A DNA stretch of 64,000 nt, from NCBI RefSeq assembly GCF_009914755.1, contig NC_060937.1; one strand, given 5' to 3'. This DNA comes from the human T2T-CHM13v2.0 reference genome, Homo sapiens. This document shows, piece after piece, positions 25,241 through 39,104 of the stretch; the stretch's first letter is position 1; every line of letters starts with the position of its first letter. A model generated the notes under the pieces. It ran no database searches, was not told where the DNA came from, and was given only the letters and a program-made list of their open reading frames with translations. The position numbers and the translations under genes are program-made.

Positions 25241-26079
25241 TCTGACAAATTTCTAGTCTTCTTTTACTGCCTATTATAAATTGATCATCAGTAAGTTAAG
25301 CCACTTTTTCTATACTCTCTCTATTTCATTTTGTTGCACGGAACTTTTTGTTAATAATTACAAAATACATAAAATAAAATTATGGGAAGGCCCTATTAAT
25401 TCCACTAATATACAGCCTGTTTTACTTTTTCTGTTTCTTTTTAGATCATATCAATCTTAATTAATTATAATACAGACTTTGAATTAAGTTTTTGACTTAA
25501 CATTATTGTATAAATATTTGTACATATTTATGTGCTTTTTATCATTATGAATTTTTATGACTGCACTGAATTTATCTACCAGAAATTGCAATTTCCTATT
25601 ATAGACTTCTTAACATATTTTCCATTTTTACTAATTCTTTTAAAAACAATTTACATTTTAAAACTATAGTATATCTTTTTTACTCGGTATTTTGGGTTTG
25701 GTATGTGCTTGGGATAAGAAAACAACACATTTTCTGTCTCTGACCCCTAGCAAGCTTAGAGAGAAAAGTACAACTTTTCATGACAGTAAATGAACATACT
25801 CACCTAAACATTAACTTACACTTACTCTGCCCCAAGCCTGAGTGACATTACATTTCTTTTTAGAAGGTTAAATTGGTAAAATCTCAGCAACAAAATTTTG
25901 GTTGAAAACTGAACATTTGGATCTGCCATGATTTCTTACTTCTTGGTCATAAAACAGTACATGTTTGAGACAGAAGTAAGCTTTTTTTCTCTTTACTCCC
26001 AAGCTCTGCAAGTTCCACTGTGCATCTTAGTGTTTACCCCTACTTTACCCCCACACTAACTCACATCCCTGGAGATTTT

Positions 26080-26379
26080 TAAAACATTATTTAAAATTTA
26101 AAAATATTTTTGCGATGGGGTCTCACTGTGTTGCCCCAGCTGGAGTACAGTGGTGCTATTACAGCTCACTGTAGCCTCTACCTCCCAAGGCTCAGCCCCC
26201 TGAGTAGCTGGGACTATAGGCATATGCCATCATGCTCACCAATTTTTTTTTTAATTTTTTGTAGCAATGAGATGTCCCTATGTTGCTCAGGCTGATCTTA
26301 AATTCCTGAGCTCAAGCAGTCCTCCTGTCTTGGCCTCCCAAAGTGCCGGGATTACAGGTGGGAGCCACCATTCTCAGCC
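26080..26379 (-). mobile_element. AluJ
   Basis: gggtctcactgtgttgccccagctggagtacagtgg...cagctcactgtagcctc; TSD acatccctggag(a/c)tttt. Confidence 0.93.
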
Positions 26380-28533
26380 ACATCCCTGGAGCTTTTCCAT
26401 TTCACAATAAATGTAATTTCATTATACTTGAGCAAATAATATCTTCAGTGGAGAAATGTCACAAGCAAAATGCTTGTGTTGACAAGCAAAATTAAAGAAT
26501 GATTGCTTAAATGCTTCCTTAATTTTGGACCTAATGCTGTGGCCAGGAATTTAATCAATCCATTCATTTTTGTTTTGATTCTCAAATATGTGTATCAAAG
26601 AAAGGTTTTTATTTAAACCTCAGACTCAATCAACCACTCTCATTGGACATACAAATTCAAACAAGAACTGTGTTTTTTCAATGACAGATCTAAATGCAGA
26701 ATATGGATAGACATGACTCCAGTTAGTAATCCCAGCGAGAAGAAGGTGTAAAAGCAAAATAATGAAAGATGAGGCATAAAAAAGACAAACTCAGTGTTTA
26801 CAGCCAATTACATTTTGGCAGAGTGTCACTACGATTTCTAAAAACCATTTGATTTGCATCTAAGTGATTAAGATGAAAAGTTACAAGGTAATTGGGATAG
26901 TGTAATTTCATGTCTTTTTTTCTGAATAGTTTATTTAAAAATTGTCAAGAAATATATTTTTTAAAAAGTGACAAGAAAAGTTTGAAAATTTTAAAAGATT
27001 GAAAATCACCTTTTCCGGAAGAATGAATATCTTTGACAGTCAAATAATAATTTTCTTTTCATTTTCAAACTAACTAGCTCTATGTAGCTAATGTTTTGAG
27101 CTCAATACTTTCACGTGGGTAGTCTATTTTGTAAAATCATGTTAGTATTTTAACTATATAATTTTAGCAGACCTCAGAAAATAAGAAACGTCTTCTCTTA
27201 GTTACAAGTACAATAGTATTCTTTAAGAGCTTAATGAAATTCTGGAAAGAAGACTTTAAATAAGCTTTGAAATTTAAATATTTCATGATTTCTATGCTTG
27301 CAAGTAAGACTTGTGCAATTTTATCCTCTGCCACTAGAATGACCAATTTCAGCTTAATTACAGAAATTTATGGAGCAGAGCAAATTCATCAATGTAATAA
27401 TCTCTTCTTAATTTCTATTCAATGAGAAAAACTATAAAATATACGGTATTACTTACCAGATGTAAAAATATTTTTTTCCCAGAGTTCTGCTGAGAACAGA
27501 TAAGTCTATATTCTCAAGGATAATCAGTTAAACATGAATATCATTTAACATGGAGGACAGTTCCTCCAGATCTCACTAAAGAAGGGAAATAAGAGTTTGT
27601 TGCATAATACAGTCAAAGGTTACCACGTTAAAGACATACTAGTATTCTTTATTAAAATAAGGTATATTATCACTGATTATTAAGGTTTTATCTCAGTGCC
27701 TGAATAGCCAGTTATTGATGTGGACAATCCTTTTTACTTTACCTGCATGAAATTACAATAAAAAAGTGAATAGCAGAGATGTCTAAAATGTCCTTGAAAT
27801 GAAAAAGGAAAATGGCTCAGACCCTATTTCCAAAGTGAATATATATACTTCTCATCACAAAAAACAATGAAATAACCTTTTATTCATTATATCTTTGAAA
27901 TAATCAAGGATAATAAATTGCCAAGACCTGCTTAGCTAGAACCTTAATCTTACATAGATTATCTTCTACCATTCATTTACTTGTCATGCTTTTATTTTTA
28001 TTTTTCCACTCCCATTTGAGATGATGCTACCAATTACTTTCTGGAAATGAAAAAGGTAATAGACTTTTGAATTTCTGAAGAACCTATCATAATTTTATTT
28101 CATATTAGCATTATGTCAACCTTTGTTGATTAAGGAGTATAGACATGTGGGAAAATCACTCTTTTATAAGTATTTCTTAAACTGAGATACTCATTCTCAA
28201 AACATTTCAGATTCTTATAATTAATATGTCAAATTTGCCAGCTTAATTTGAGAATGCCAGCTTAATTTGGGCTGGCATATATGGAATATTACTTACAATA
28301 TTCTGAAATATCTATAGGTGTCAACTCTGTAATAATCATGTTATATATACCTGATTTAAACTTCATAAAACCAAAAACAAAAATTAGAAAAAAAATTCAT
28401 ATATCAACTTTTGGGATGAGTGCTATCATCTACCATTGCCGGTGAGGAAACTTGCTGAGAAGTTACATGTTCTCAAACTCACATAGCAGTAAGGGGCAGA
28501 GTCAGGATTTACATACAATTCTCTGTACCTGTA

Positions 28534-28580
28534 ACACACACACGCAGTGTGCGCACATGCACGCACACACACACACACAC
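28534..28580. repeat. Imperfect (CA)n repeat following a minus-strand MIR fragment
   Basis: acacacacacgcagtgtgcgcacatgcacgcacacacacacacacac. Confidence 0.85.
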
Positions 28581-29479
28581 ATTCTCTTTCTCTGTGTCTC
28601 TCTTTCTCTCCTTCATATATTACATTGCATCGTCATCCAAAGTATTGCAATATCACTATTTTTGTGGGTAAGGTTTCAATAGTGCTGAACTTAGGGATGA
28701 TAAGAGAATGCCTAGAGATGCATTTTTCTCAGTCTTTTGAAATTTGTAACTGCATATCATTATTGAGAACTGCATGTGGGAAATACATGAAAAGTATATT
28801 ATCTTTTAATTCGTTATGCCCATGCATTCTCTTCTCCATACATAATTATGTGTGGACACTAGTGATTTCATTAGGACATGGTAGGATTATGAAACAATGT
28901 AATTTTATAACCTACATCTCTTTTGATAGTGTTTAAACAAAAGTGGAAGGCTATATTTTACTTTTCTGACATAGCATTACTTTCATATTTTATCATATAA
29001 TATATATAAGGTTTTTTTCCCAAAGGGATTGATAATATAAATAACATCTTTGAAAATATATTCATCCCCTAGTATTTTGTGGTTAGATTTTTTTTTTGAA
29101 ATTTCGTTTCCTAAATGGATGTTTATTTTTCTATGAAACTTTTTGCAGACAATCTTTTAAAACTAGTTATTAAAGGAGTTATAGTGTTTTTAGCTGTTTT
29201 AAACCAGTGAAAGATGATTATTACTGAGGAAAGATGGGATAGGTGAGCTGAGGGAAGGAGATGTGGTCCCAGAAGCCTCCTTTGGATAGGAATGAGGATC
29301 AAATGATAAATCTTGAGTACAAAATGAGCTGATTCTTGTCCCTGATGGCATACTCCAGGGGACAAAGAAAGGGCTCTGGACTTTAATGTGTGGAGGGGTT
29401 GGAATCAATAATGCTGATTGGGTAAGTGAGACTTCTGGGCACTATGAGTTGCCCACATTACAATAGTTGGGCCATCTAG

Positions 29480-29640
29480 GCATTTATTCTTTCATTCAGT
29501 ACATATTTACCAATCTCAACTTTGTACAAGTCAGTTAACTAAACCTAGGGGATTTAATAATGACTGAATTAAACATGGCCCCAAATATCATGAGCTTTTA
29601 GTTCATTAGAGGCTAAAAATGAATAAAACACCACTGTTAA
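29480..29640 (-). mobile_element. L2 3' end fragment
   Basis: catttattctttcattcagtacatatttac...ggggatttaataatga...acatggcccc...tcatgagcttttagttc. Confidence 0.6.
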
Positions 29641-30732
29641 CATAGATAAATATCAGTGTGATAAGTATGATGACAGGGATTTGATTGGATGGGATATTAT
29701 GAGATTTTCAGTTTCTAAAGGCTGAGGGCCCACTGAAGTTCTAGATGAAGTTTCTCTCTGGAAATGGGTTGGGTAGCTCACAGTAGAAACTTGATATTTG
29801 TAAACATCATGGGTGAGAAGATTTGGGCCCATAGGAGGAGTTTTGGAAAATAGGATTCTCATAGGCCATAGATGCCAGGATAGAAAAACTAAAAACTATC
29901 CAACACTGAGTGGAATGGTACTGAGGAAGTGCATTGGGTGAAAAGTGAGGGATGTACTCTGAAAGAATATTCTGGATACAGTGTAGTGGATGGAGTAGAA
30001 GAAAGTAGAAGAGAGGCAGAAGAACCAGATGAAAATTAATAAAAATGTTGCCTCTCATTGCTTACCAGGTATATCAGTGTGTGTTTATTTGCACAAGACA
30101 CTACCTCTAAGATGCTGGTTATAGGAATAGGGTTTGCATTAATGTCAGAGGAGGTGGGAGAGCAAAGGTCTGAAACAGTGAAGCAGAAATGGTTACGAAT
30201 AACTTCTTAAAGCAGGCAGAAAATACAGAGTTTGTGGGGAATTCCAAAAAGTCATCACTGACCTCTGCAATCATACATTGAAATTTCATGGTAAGGTTGG
30301 TGTAGCTGCTGAGGATGACCTATGTGGCCTCCTGAGAATAATGTTTCTAGTTTACTTCACCTTCTAAACTTTGCTTGAATTATGTGCATTTGCAAACTGT
30401 AACCCAGAACATCAAAGCAAATGGTTGTGGTATTAAGGTGAAAACATGCGCTCTAACACAGTAAATAAAATAGATTCCTGGGCCTAAACACACAAGACTC
30501 AGGAGTATCAAACTCCAATCCATATTTCCATCTTTATTTGCTTCTGGTGGATGCCTGCCTTCACTCTCCAAAACCTATACTTCTAACAAACATTACTCTT
30601 CCCTGCGCTTTGTTCAATTTCCTTCCCCTCTTCGTTTCTGAGCTCCTACACTTCTTTCAAGGCCCTGCCACAGTTTTCATATCAGAAATCACTTACTATT
30701 CCAAGCAGAATTAGCTTACTCTTCTCTATTGC

Positions 30733-31030
30733 ATCACTTAGGATGGAATTCGGCTGTGTGTGTAATAGGACACTCTGCAACAGTGGCTTAAACAAGTGAA
30801 AGGTCTTTATATCTTATACAACAAGAGCTTCAAGGGTAGTAAAGTATTGACATGAGAAATCAACACATGTTCTGCATTCTTGGCATGTGGACTTTATCCT
30901 TCCAGCCGCAACTCAAATGACCCAAAGTCAGACATCACATCCACATTTCAGGTAGGAGGAAGGAGGAAAGGGAAGAGGCAGCTACAGCAGATGTCTGCAT
31001 ATATTTCATTGACAAGAATTTATTCATAAA
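30733..31030 (-). mobile_element. MLT1 (J/K-like) LTR fragment within plus-strand L2 remnants
   Basis: ttaggatggaattcggctg...aacagtggcttaaacaag...cagacatcacatccacatttcaggtaggaggaagg...atatttcattgacaagaa. Confidence 0.6.
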
Positions 31031-33728
31031 GCATTCTCTGAGTGCAGTGGGTCCAATAAATCAGTTTTTGGCTTATAAATCTGTACAGAAGAAATTAGGG
31101 GAAAAGGATCAAGTTGTGGGGTAAGTTTACATACAGCACTTACCACACTGTATTTCTCAAAGCACTTTGAATATAAAACTTTCCACATTAGATCATACTT
31201 ATTTATGTTCTTGTTGGTCTCGCTGAGTAAGATGCCAGAATCATAGAGGCAGTGATGATGTCTCACTTACCTTTCCACCCCAAGCATCTAGAATGTTGTA
31301 GAATAAATAAATGAATACCTTGTTGGAATATGTTAAGATTTTAATAAAATAGAACAGAGTACTGTTGAGTAAGTAGACTTAAGCAGCAGATAAAAACCTC
31401 AGTCCCCAAAGGATACAATGTTATAATGTTAAGTGATCAAAGTAGTTATATGTATACCTGGCAGTACAGAGGTACACAGTTATGCAAAGTTGAAATAAGT
31501 ATTATAACAGCCGCTGACTAGTGAAGCTAGGAACATATAAATTAAAATTCTAAGTCAAAAAGTTTTTTCATAGTTTATCGGTAATCCTGTCATTTTGATT
31601 CAGAGCATAAGTGATGACATTAACACTGTATGCTTTTTAAAATGCCATATTTGCCCATCTATTCTAGGACTGTTAAGCTTATTTATCAGAGATATTAAAT
31701 AAGCTAAAACCATATCCTGTATTTTCATCATTCGCTAATTTTGAATTCTGGATCATATCACACTGCGTTATTTATTTCCATGAATCTTTATGAGAATAAG
31801 TTTTTTTTCTGAATAAGAATTAATTTGATAATCCAGACACACCATTTCCAGAAAAAGGAAAATAGTGGACTTTACTAATGAGTAGCTTTTATGAATGGCT
31901 GAATAATTTGAAACTATGACAGATGTAGGGACTTTTTAATCAATTCTTTTAAGTTTACCTAATAATATATATAATTTGTAGTTTGCATGCAGCATTTGAT
32001 ATTTCTATAAAAATCAAATTTTAAGAAGCCCTCAGAGAAAATCACATCAATTCATGATTTTGTTTTTTAAAAAATTGTGTTCTCCCCTGGCACTGTCTGC
32101 AATTCTTGCCTACTTCCTCATCCCTACCAGCACTGTGTAAAATATATAATATATGATGTGGTATGTCTTTTGTAACTGTGGTTGGGCAGAATAAACATGT
32201 TTGTGTTTTTGCTGGTTCTAAGCAAAAAACAAAACAAGGTAAAATGTCAAAACAAAGAATAAGTTTACTGCAATTGTTACACGATCATTTATTTTCCTCA
32301 AAAAAAGAGAAACAGTTTTTAACTGATTACCCTTTGGAATTAGATAATCAAATTGGCCTTAAAAATATTACAGTAAATATTTTAATTATGTATTGTTGTA
32401 AATAGCATTGACATTTCTAGGAAAAAAGGATGGAGTTACCCATTATTATGTAGGAGGTTTTCTTAATTTTTACTGGTATATAGGGTCAGTATAGAATTGT
32501 AGGCACTAATTTGTACTTTAGACATTTTCATTTTAAAGATGCAAAAACACATAATTTATATTCTCTCTTTAATATAGGCTGTTACTCAGATATGGCTCTT
32601 TTCAAATTAACTGAGGCTTCCTTGTGTTAATCAGTTATCAGTTAGACCTGACATAGTAAAAAGGAGAAAGAGAAAAAAAAGAGAAAAAAAAGAAAAAAAA
32701 TAAGTATTCTCATTGTCACTATGTCACTACTAAAGTATCTAAACAATTTGCTATTACTGATTAGTTGTAAAGGTTAAAATACTCTCATTTAATTTGGGGC
32801 ATTGAAGAGTATATTTTAGTGTCTGTCACCATTTGAAATAAACATGAGATGCAAATGACTGCATTTGTCAGGAGATGACATTTTGTGAGGACTATTTTGA
32901 AGTGAAAGAGTATATGCTATTAGAATCCAACAGATAACTCCCTAACAGAACATATCCTTAATGTATTATTTGTTTTTGCTTAGGTATAATATTTATGAAT
33001 GCGTATCTCTCTCTCCACTCATCCACCTTTCTTCCATCCCTGTGTCTATTAGATAGCATTTCTACTCCATGTAGATAGCTGAATTTGTAATGAAAGGAGC
33101 ACTGCACTGGTTATCAGGATAGTCTACAATTAAATCTGGACTTTGTCCTGGTTTTAGAACTATATAAAAGTCATCTGGACTTCTGATTTCTCAGTTTCTT
33201 AGTAAAATAAAAAGATTGTGCTAATCATTCTATTTCTGAAACTAGAACGTCAGCCACACTATGGTAAAAAGTTAATCTGGTATATTTACTGCTTTATCCC
33301 AATACTCAAAACAGTGCTTTGCATATAGAACATCCTCAGTAAATATGTTCAATTAATCAATAAATTCTAGTTGCTCAAATTCAAATCTCAATTTTTATTA
33401 AAATATGTAAATCAGTACTTTTAATATATGTGAATGGAGACATAAAGAATATATAATATTAATGCAAGCCCTTCTACTCTCACTATACAATACAAGCAAG
33501 AGAGTATGGCCAAGTTATTAGAATTCTACTGTGTGCTTTTTCCTTATTCCAGTTCCTCTTTTTTCCTCATCAGAATTATTCATTCTCTTGATTTTGTGTC
33601 TTCTATTTATTTTCAGTCCTTCTTGAGTGTTTTATCACATGTGAATGTAAAACTTAATAATTTTAATCATGTAATTGGAATAATGACATATTTTCTTTCA
33701 TGATTTAACTGATGCTTAACATTACATA

Positions 33729-34281
33729 TTTTTTTAACTTTTATTTTAAGTTCAAGGTACAAGTGCAGGTTTGTTTCATAGGTAAATTTGTGTCATGGGA
33801 GTTTGTCGTACAAATTATTTCCTTGCCCAGGTATTAAGTCTAGTATCCATTATTTTTCCTGATCCACTCTCTCCTCCCACCTTCCACCCTCTGAAAGGCC
33901 CCAGTGTGTGTTGTTCCCCTCTATGTGTCCATGTGTTCTCACCATTTATCTCCCACTTGTAAGTGAGAACATGTGGTCTAAAGATAGAAATGCCATTTTA
34001 CCTAGCAATCCCATTACTGGGTATATACCCAAAGCAAAATAAATTATTTTATTATAAAGATACATGCAAATGTATGTTCACTGCAGCACTATTCACAATA
34101 GCAAAGACATGGAATCAACCCAAATGCCCATCAATGATAGACTATAAAGAAAATGTGGTACACATACACCATGGCATACTATGCAGCCATAAAAAATAAT
34201 GAGATCATGTCCTTTGCAGGGACATAGATGGAGCTGGAGGCCATTATCCTTGGCAAAGTAACACAGAAAGAGAAAATCAAT
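33729..34281 (-). mobile_element. L1PA13-15-like 3' end with 5' inversion (twin priming)
   Basis: 33729-33977 is antisense L1 3'UTR (ttttattttaagttc...gtgagaacatgtggt); 33978-34281 is sense ORF2 end (cctagcaatcccattactgggtatataccc...gagaaaatcaa); degenerate TSD aacattacatat/aatattaccttt. Confidence 0.88.
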
Positions 34282-34699
34282 ATTACCTTTGTCAAATTCA
34301 TCCATATTGATGTATTGAGCTTCATTTTGTGATTTTACTATAGCCTGAATTTTTTATTGTGTTTTGTGAGTCTATTTCTGCATTCTTGTACTTAAACACA
34401 CCATTATAATACATTTTAATATGTTTTTAACAGATCTCAATAACTGATATGGCAAATCTCTTCCCCTTGTTCTTTTCCAGCTGTGTTTTGTTCCTTCTTG
34501 GATGGTGCCTCATACGAACCACATTAGATTCTACTTACTCAAGTTCCAAAATATTTCTGCTTCTAAATGTTTTGGCATTCCATTAAAACTATAAGTTATT
34601 TGGGGAAATTGAATATTTTATCATTCTTTCTATTCATGAATATGTAGTATCACCCTTTCATATTTTAAAATATTGCTACTTTATTCTTTATAAATGTAT

Positions 34700-36035
34700 T
34701 TAGTTTTTTTACCTTTTTGCATTTCATGCTTAGCATGTGAATAATTTTTATAGATTAATCTATAATTTCTCTAATTGTATCCTTAGCTATTTCTAATCTG
34801 CTCTTTAATCCATTCATAAAATTAATTTCAATTTTTAGTTGAAATAACACTATAGAAGGTATATTTGCTTCTTTTCAAATTTTTTTGGCTATTTAAAAAT
34901 ATTTCATTCCTTGATATTTTCAAGTCTCTTCATTTATTTAAACATGTTAATTAATATGTATACAATAATTTATATATTTTTATTTACTTATTTATTTATT
35001 TTGAGACAGAGTCTCACTCCATTACCCAGGCTGGAATGCAGTGGCACGGGCTCACTGCAACATCTGCCTCCGGGGTTCAAGTGATTCTTGTGCCTCAGCC
35101 TCCTGAGTAGCTGGAATTACAGGCACGCAGCACCATGCTCAGCTAATTTTTTGTATTTTCAGTTGAGATAGGGTTTCACCATGTTGGCCAGGCTGGTCTC
35201 AAATTCCTGACCTCCAGTGATCAACCTGGCTCAGCTTCCCAAAGTGCTGGGATTACAGGTATGAGCCACCACACCCAGCCTGTTAATATATTTATTATAT
35301 ATTCAATTTCAGATCAATTTAATATCTAAAAGTCTTATATGTCCAATTTTTTTGTCGTTTCTTTAAATTTTACAGTGCATTATTTGTATAGCTTGTAATT
35401 TTGTGCTACAATTTGTATGTTCATAGAAATTTTTTTCAGTAATGATTCTTAAGTTGAACCAGAAAGGATTTGTGTTTTCTTCTGCCAGCTACCTTGAAGT
35501 GCCACTAACCAATAGTCACTTTGTACTAAGGATTTTCTTTGAGGATTTTTGAACCATGCAAATGGTATGATTTGGATGCACAAATTTGAATGAGGGCTAA
35601 AATATGGTTAGAAATGTGGGGAGATAGTATTTTTTCTTCCCTAACCAGTAATGAGGTAGAAAACAAAAGGAAAAGTCCCTTTCCTTGCTGGCCTTCCCTC
35701 CTGTGTAGTAGATTTATTCAAGCGCACCCTTACATTCAGTGTGTACTGCTTTGAGTTTCCAGCATTATGCAGTGGGCTCATAGCAGACTCAAACTTGGGT
35801 TAACCCTTGGCTTCATGTCTGACACACGGTACACTCTGCAGACATTAAAAAGGAAACTCAAAATCACCAGGTTTCTCTGTTGGCTTTGCTTTTGGGCTTT
35901 TTGTATTTCTGATTATTTTGCCAATCTAGTAATGGATTTAAAATTATGCTTTTTATATTTTATCCAGCATATTGAATTATTTTCAATGAGAGTCATTGAA
36001 AAAATATAATCCACCATAATGCTGAAAGTAAAAAT
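34700..36035 (-). mobile_element. HAL1/L1ME-like old LINE remnant, split by an Alu
   Basis: cttagctatttctaatctgctctttaatccattc and terminal tccaccataatgctgaaagta resemble HAL1; highly diverged. Confidence 0.5.
34970..35280 (-). mobile_element. AluSz-like
   Basis: (TTTA)n tail, gagacagagtctcactcc...caagtgattcttgtgcctcagcc...cacacccagcc. Confidence 0.94.
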
Positions 36036-37543
36036 CTCCATCTCAAGATTTTTTTTAAGAACAATGAAAACCTAACAAAAATGACAGCAAATTCACAACC
36101 ATTTTTTCCCAATACTTACTGAGTGCATCATATGTGTCATGTACTATTCATGGCTCACAATTTCCAGCCATGGAGGTTCTTAGTGACAGATAATGTAACA
36201 ACTATGAGATCCAGTTCATTTTAGTAGGTAAGTATTCTATGGGAAGTTAAAGGGTGGATCATTTTTAGTCAGCCTTGGGAATCTGAGGAGAGCTATACAG
36301 AAGAGGAGGCAGATGAACTGGTTTTTGGTGGCTTAGCATACAATTGTCTGGCAAAAAAGGAGGTTTAGGGAGGTATTTTAGGATGAAGAAATAATAAGAG
36401 CAGATTTGGAGATTCTGTAAAGAGAAGATAGTGTCCTGGATGGTGAAGAATGAAATGTGGCAGGGATTCAGGGCATGCATTTTCGGGGTAGTGATAATAG
36501 CGAAAAGGTAGATTGCAAATTGACTGCTAGTTTAAGCACTTGAAAGAAGATCTGTGGTATTGAAGATGTCCAGCAAGCTTGGAATTTAATATCACAAAAT
36601 GAATAAACATTAGATGTGAGTGAAACACTTGTTATTTGAAAAAAATTGCGAGACAACTGAATAGCTTTCTACTTTAATAGATTGTTTATTTTACTTTATC
36701 ACAAGTTAAAGTTAATGATGGAAACAATTTTGACTTTCTTCAAAATTAATGATGTTTTATAGAAAATTTAAATATAGTGTATGTGTATGTATGTATGTGT
36801 CTGTGTATATATATACACATATACATACATATACACACACTTTTCTGCCAATTTTCTCGGAGCCATCAAGAACTAGTATGTACACATACTCACATCCTCA
36901 AAATTCAAAACCTAAACACTCAAAAAATGTCATCATAGTTTTCTCACACCAGGCTCTTTAGAGAGGATTCTCTTTTAGGACCTGAGACAGTATTTTCTTT
37001 AGCACACAGGAATAATGAGAAGAACTGCATGCAATCATACAACAAAAGAAGAGAAAATGCATGTAAAGCCTTAGAAGATGAAATGTCTGATTAAGGTATT
37101 TGCTGAATCACTGCTTGGCTGAAAACAGAGAACATATGTCACAACAGGTGAATTTGCCAAAGCAGTGTGAGAACAGGTGACTCAGGGGAACATAATGAGA
37201 CTTGCCAAGAGAATCAAGTGCAACACATTTGTAGCAGCTGCTGGGCTCCAAGGAACCTTAGGGAATCCATTCAAGATGCTGAGCCAATTTATCTACTAGC
37301 ATCATTGTCAGTGATGTGTTAGGAACTTGAGAAGCCAGGCTTGCACAGCAAGAACAGCATAAAATTTTATAGAAGTCACTGTGGAGAATAAGAGAGCCCC
37401 ACGTTTTAAACAGGAAGACAAAATCTGAAGTAAGTTTCCAATGGTGTTTGCTCCTTCCATAAATAAGCCTTTTGACTATCTGCAGAGGACAGAGTACAGA
37501 ATAATGTGCTGACATGGAAAAGAAGGAAAAATTATAATCCCTA

Positions 37544-37910
37544 TGATATGGTTTGGCTGTGTCTCTGCCCAAATCTCTTCTTGAATTGTAGCTCCCATAA
37601 TCCCCACATGTCATGTGAGGAACCCAGTGGGAGGTAATTGAGTCATGGGAATGGGTTTTGCCTGTGCTGTTCTTGTGATGCTGAATAAGTCTCATGAGAT
37701 CTGATGGTTTTATAAAAGACAGTTCCCCTGCACTTGTTCTCTTGCCTGCCACCATGTAAGATGTTCCTTTGCTCTTCCTTCACCTTCTGCCATGATTGTG
37801 AAGCCTCCCCAGCCATATGGAACTGTGAGTCCATTAAACCTCTTTCCTTTATTTATAAATTACCCAGTCTCAGGTATGTCCTTATAGCAGTGTGAGAACA
37901 GACTAATACA
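37544..37910 (+). mobile_element. THE1 (THE1C-like) solo LTR
   Basis: tgatatggtttggctgtgtc...gtgagaacagactaataca; 5-bp TSD cccta/cccca. Confidence 0.93.
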
Positions 37911-38677
37911 CCCCACCTTTAGGAACTTATCTGGAGAACCTGACACAAGCAGATATAATATGCTCATGATACTGTGAAAAGAGACAGAAAAGTGCCAAAA
38001 TAAGTATGAAAAACAAGTGCTAAGTTGTTAACATAGATTGATGATAGTGAGGTATAACAGGTGGAAAAGGCTTTATGGAAAAGTTATACTTGAATAGAGT
38101 TTTGAAAGTTGAGTATATTTGGACCAGGGAAGACAGAGATTTTGCATGAGGGAGTCACTTTCATTTCCTTCATCCATAAGAAACATCACAAATTAGTCTT
38201 GTTCCCACAGAACCCAAAGCAGTATTAATCATTCTCATTATACTATTGCAAGACCCTACCTTTCATTACAGATGTCACTAGAGTTGATATATGTTTACCA
38301 TCCCTGATTTGCATAGAAAAATTAAGGAAAGGGCATTCCAGGCCTAGGATAGAACATGTGTAAAAGATTGACCTTGAAATTTGCATTCTAGGGATAGTAA
38401 GAAGCTGGGATTTACATTAAGCACAGAGGAAGGGAGATTGCATAGTTACAATGTGCTTTAATAATGGAAGATCATACATGCCACTTTAGAATATCAGTGT
38501 TGCTCAGTTACTGAGAACCAGTTGATTTTTGAAAGCAAGGTCTTGACAAGATAATGTAAGCAATATTGGATTTTTATGTAAGATTGAGAGGAGAGGCAAC
38601 TTACGTAAATTTTTTTTCATTATTTTAGAGCTCAGCATCTAACACACTTTCTAATAATTTTAGAATTTTGCAGCTTA

Positions 38678-39090
38678 TGTAGCAGAGCTCAATTCTCACT
38701 ATGGAATATAAAAAGACTCATTGTTCCAGTGTTCTCTGCAGTGAGAGAATGTGCACATGTCCTAGCAAGGGTACCATGAAAAAGAATACTCTGCACTCAG
38801 TCTGGAGATGGGCAGCATCAGCAGCAGCAACAGCAGTGGCTACATCTTGTTTCTAGAGAAAGCAGAGGTAGAGAAATGCCAGGATCAGGTTTGGTGGACT
38901 TGGCCAGGCAAGGAGCAGTGTTGTGCCTAACAGAGGCAAGAATGTCAGCAATTCTGCAACACTACGCTTCAGCTCTTGGCTTCAAACACAGTTTGGGACT
39001 ATCCCAGTGATATTTTGAGCTACCCTTTCAACAAATGCCATTTTTGTGTAAGCTAATAAGACTTGGCTTCTATTGCTTGCAGATCTGATG
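38678..39090 (+). mobile_element. Old ERVL LTR (LTR33-like)
   Basis: cagcagcagtggc-rich core and end aacaaatgccatttttgtgtaagctaataagacttggcttctattgcttgca. Confidence 0.5.
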
Positions 39091-39104
39091 CAAGGGCATT
39101 CTAG

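Noticed and set aside
19555-37645. DUX4 sites in the THE1 LTRs
   Set aside because: All three are mutated relative to TAATTGAATCA (taattgaatta, cagttgaatca, taattgagtca), so binding cannot be supported.
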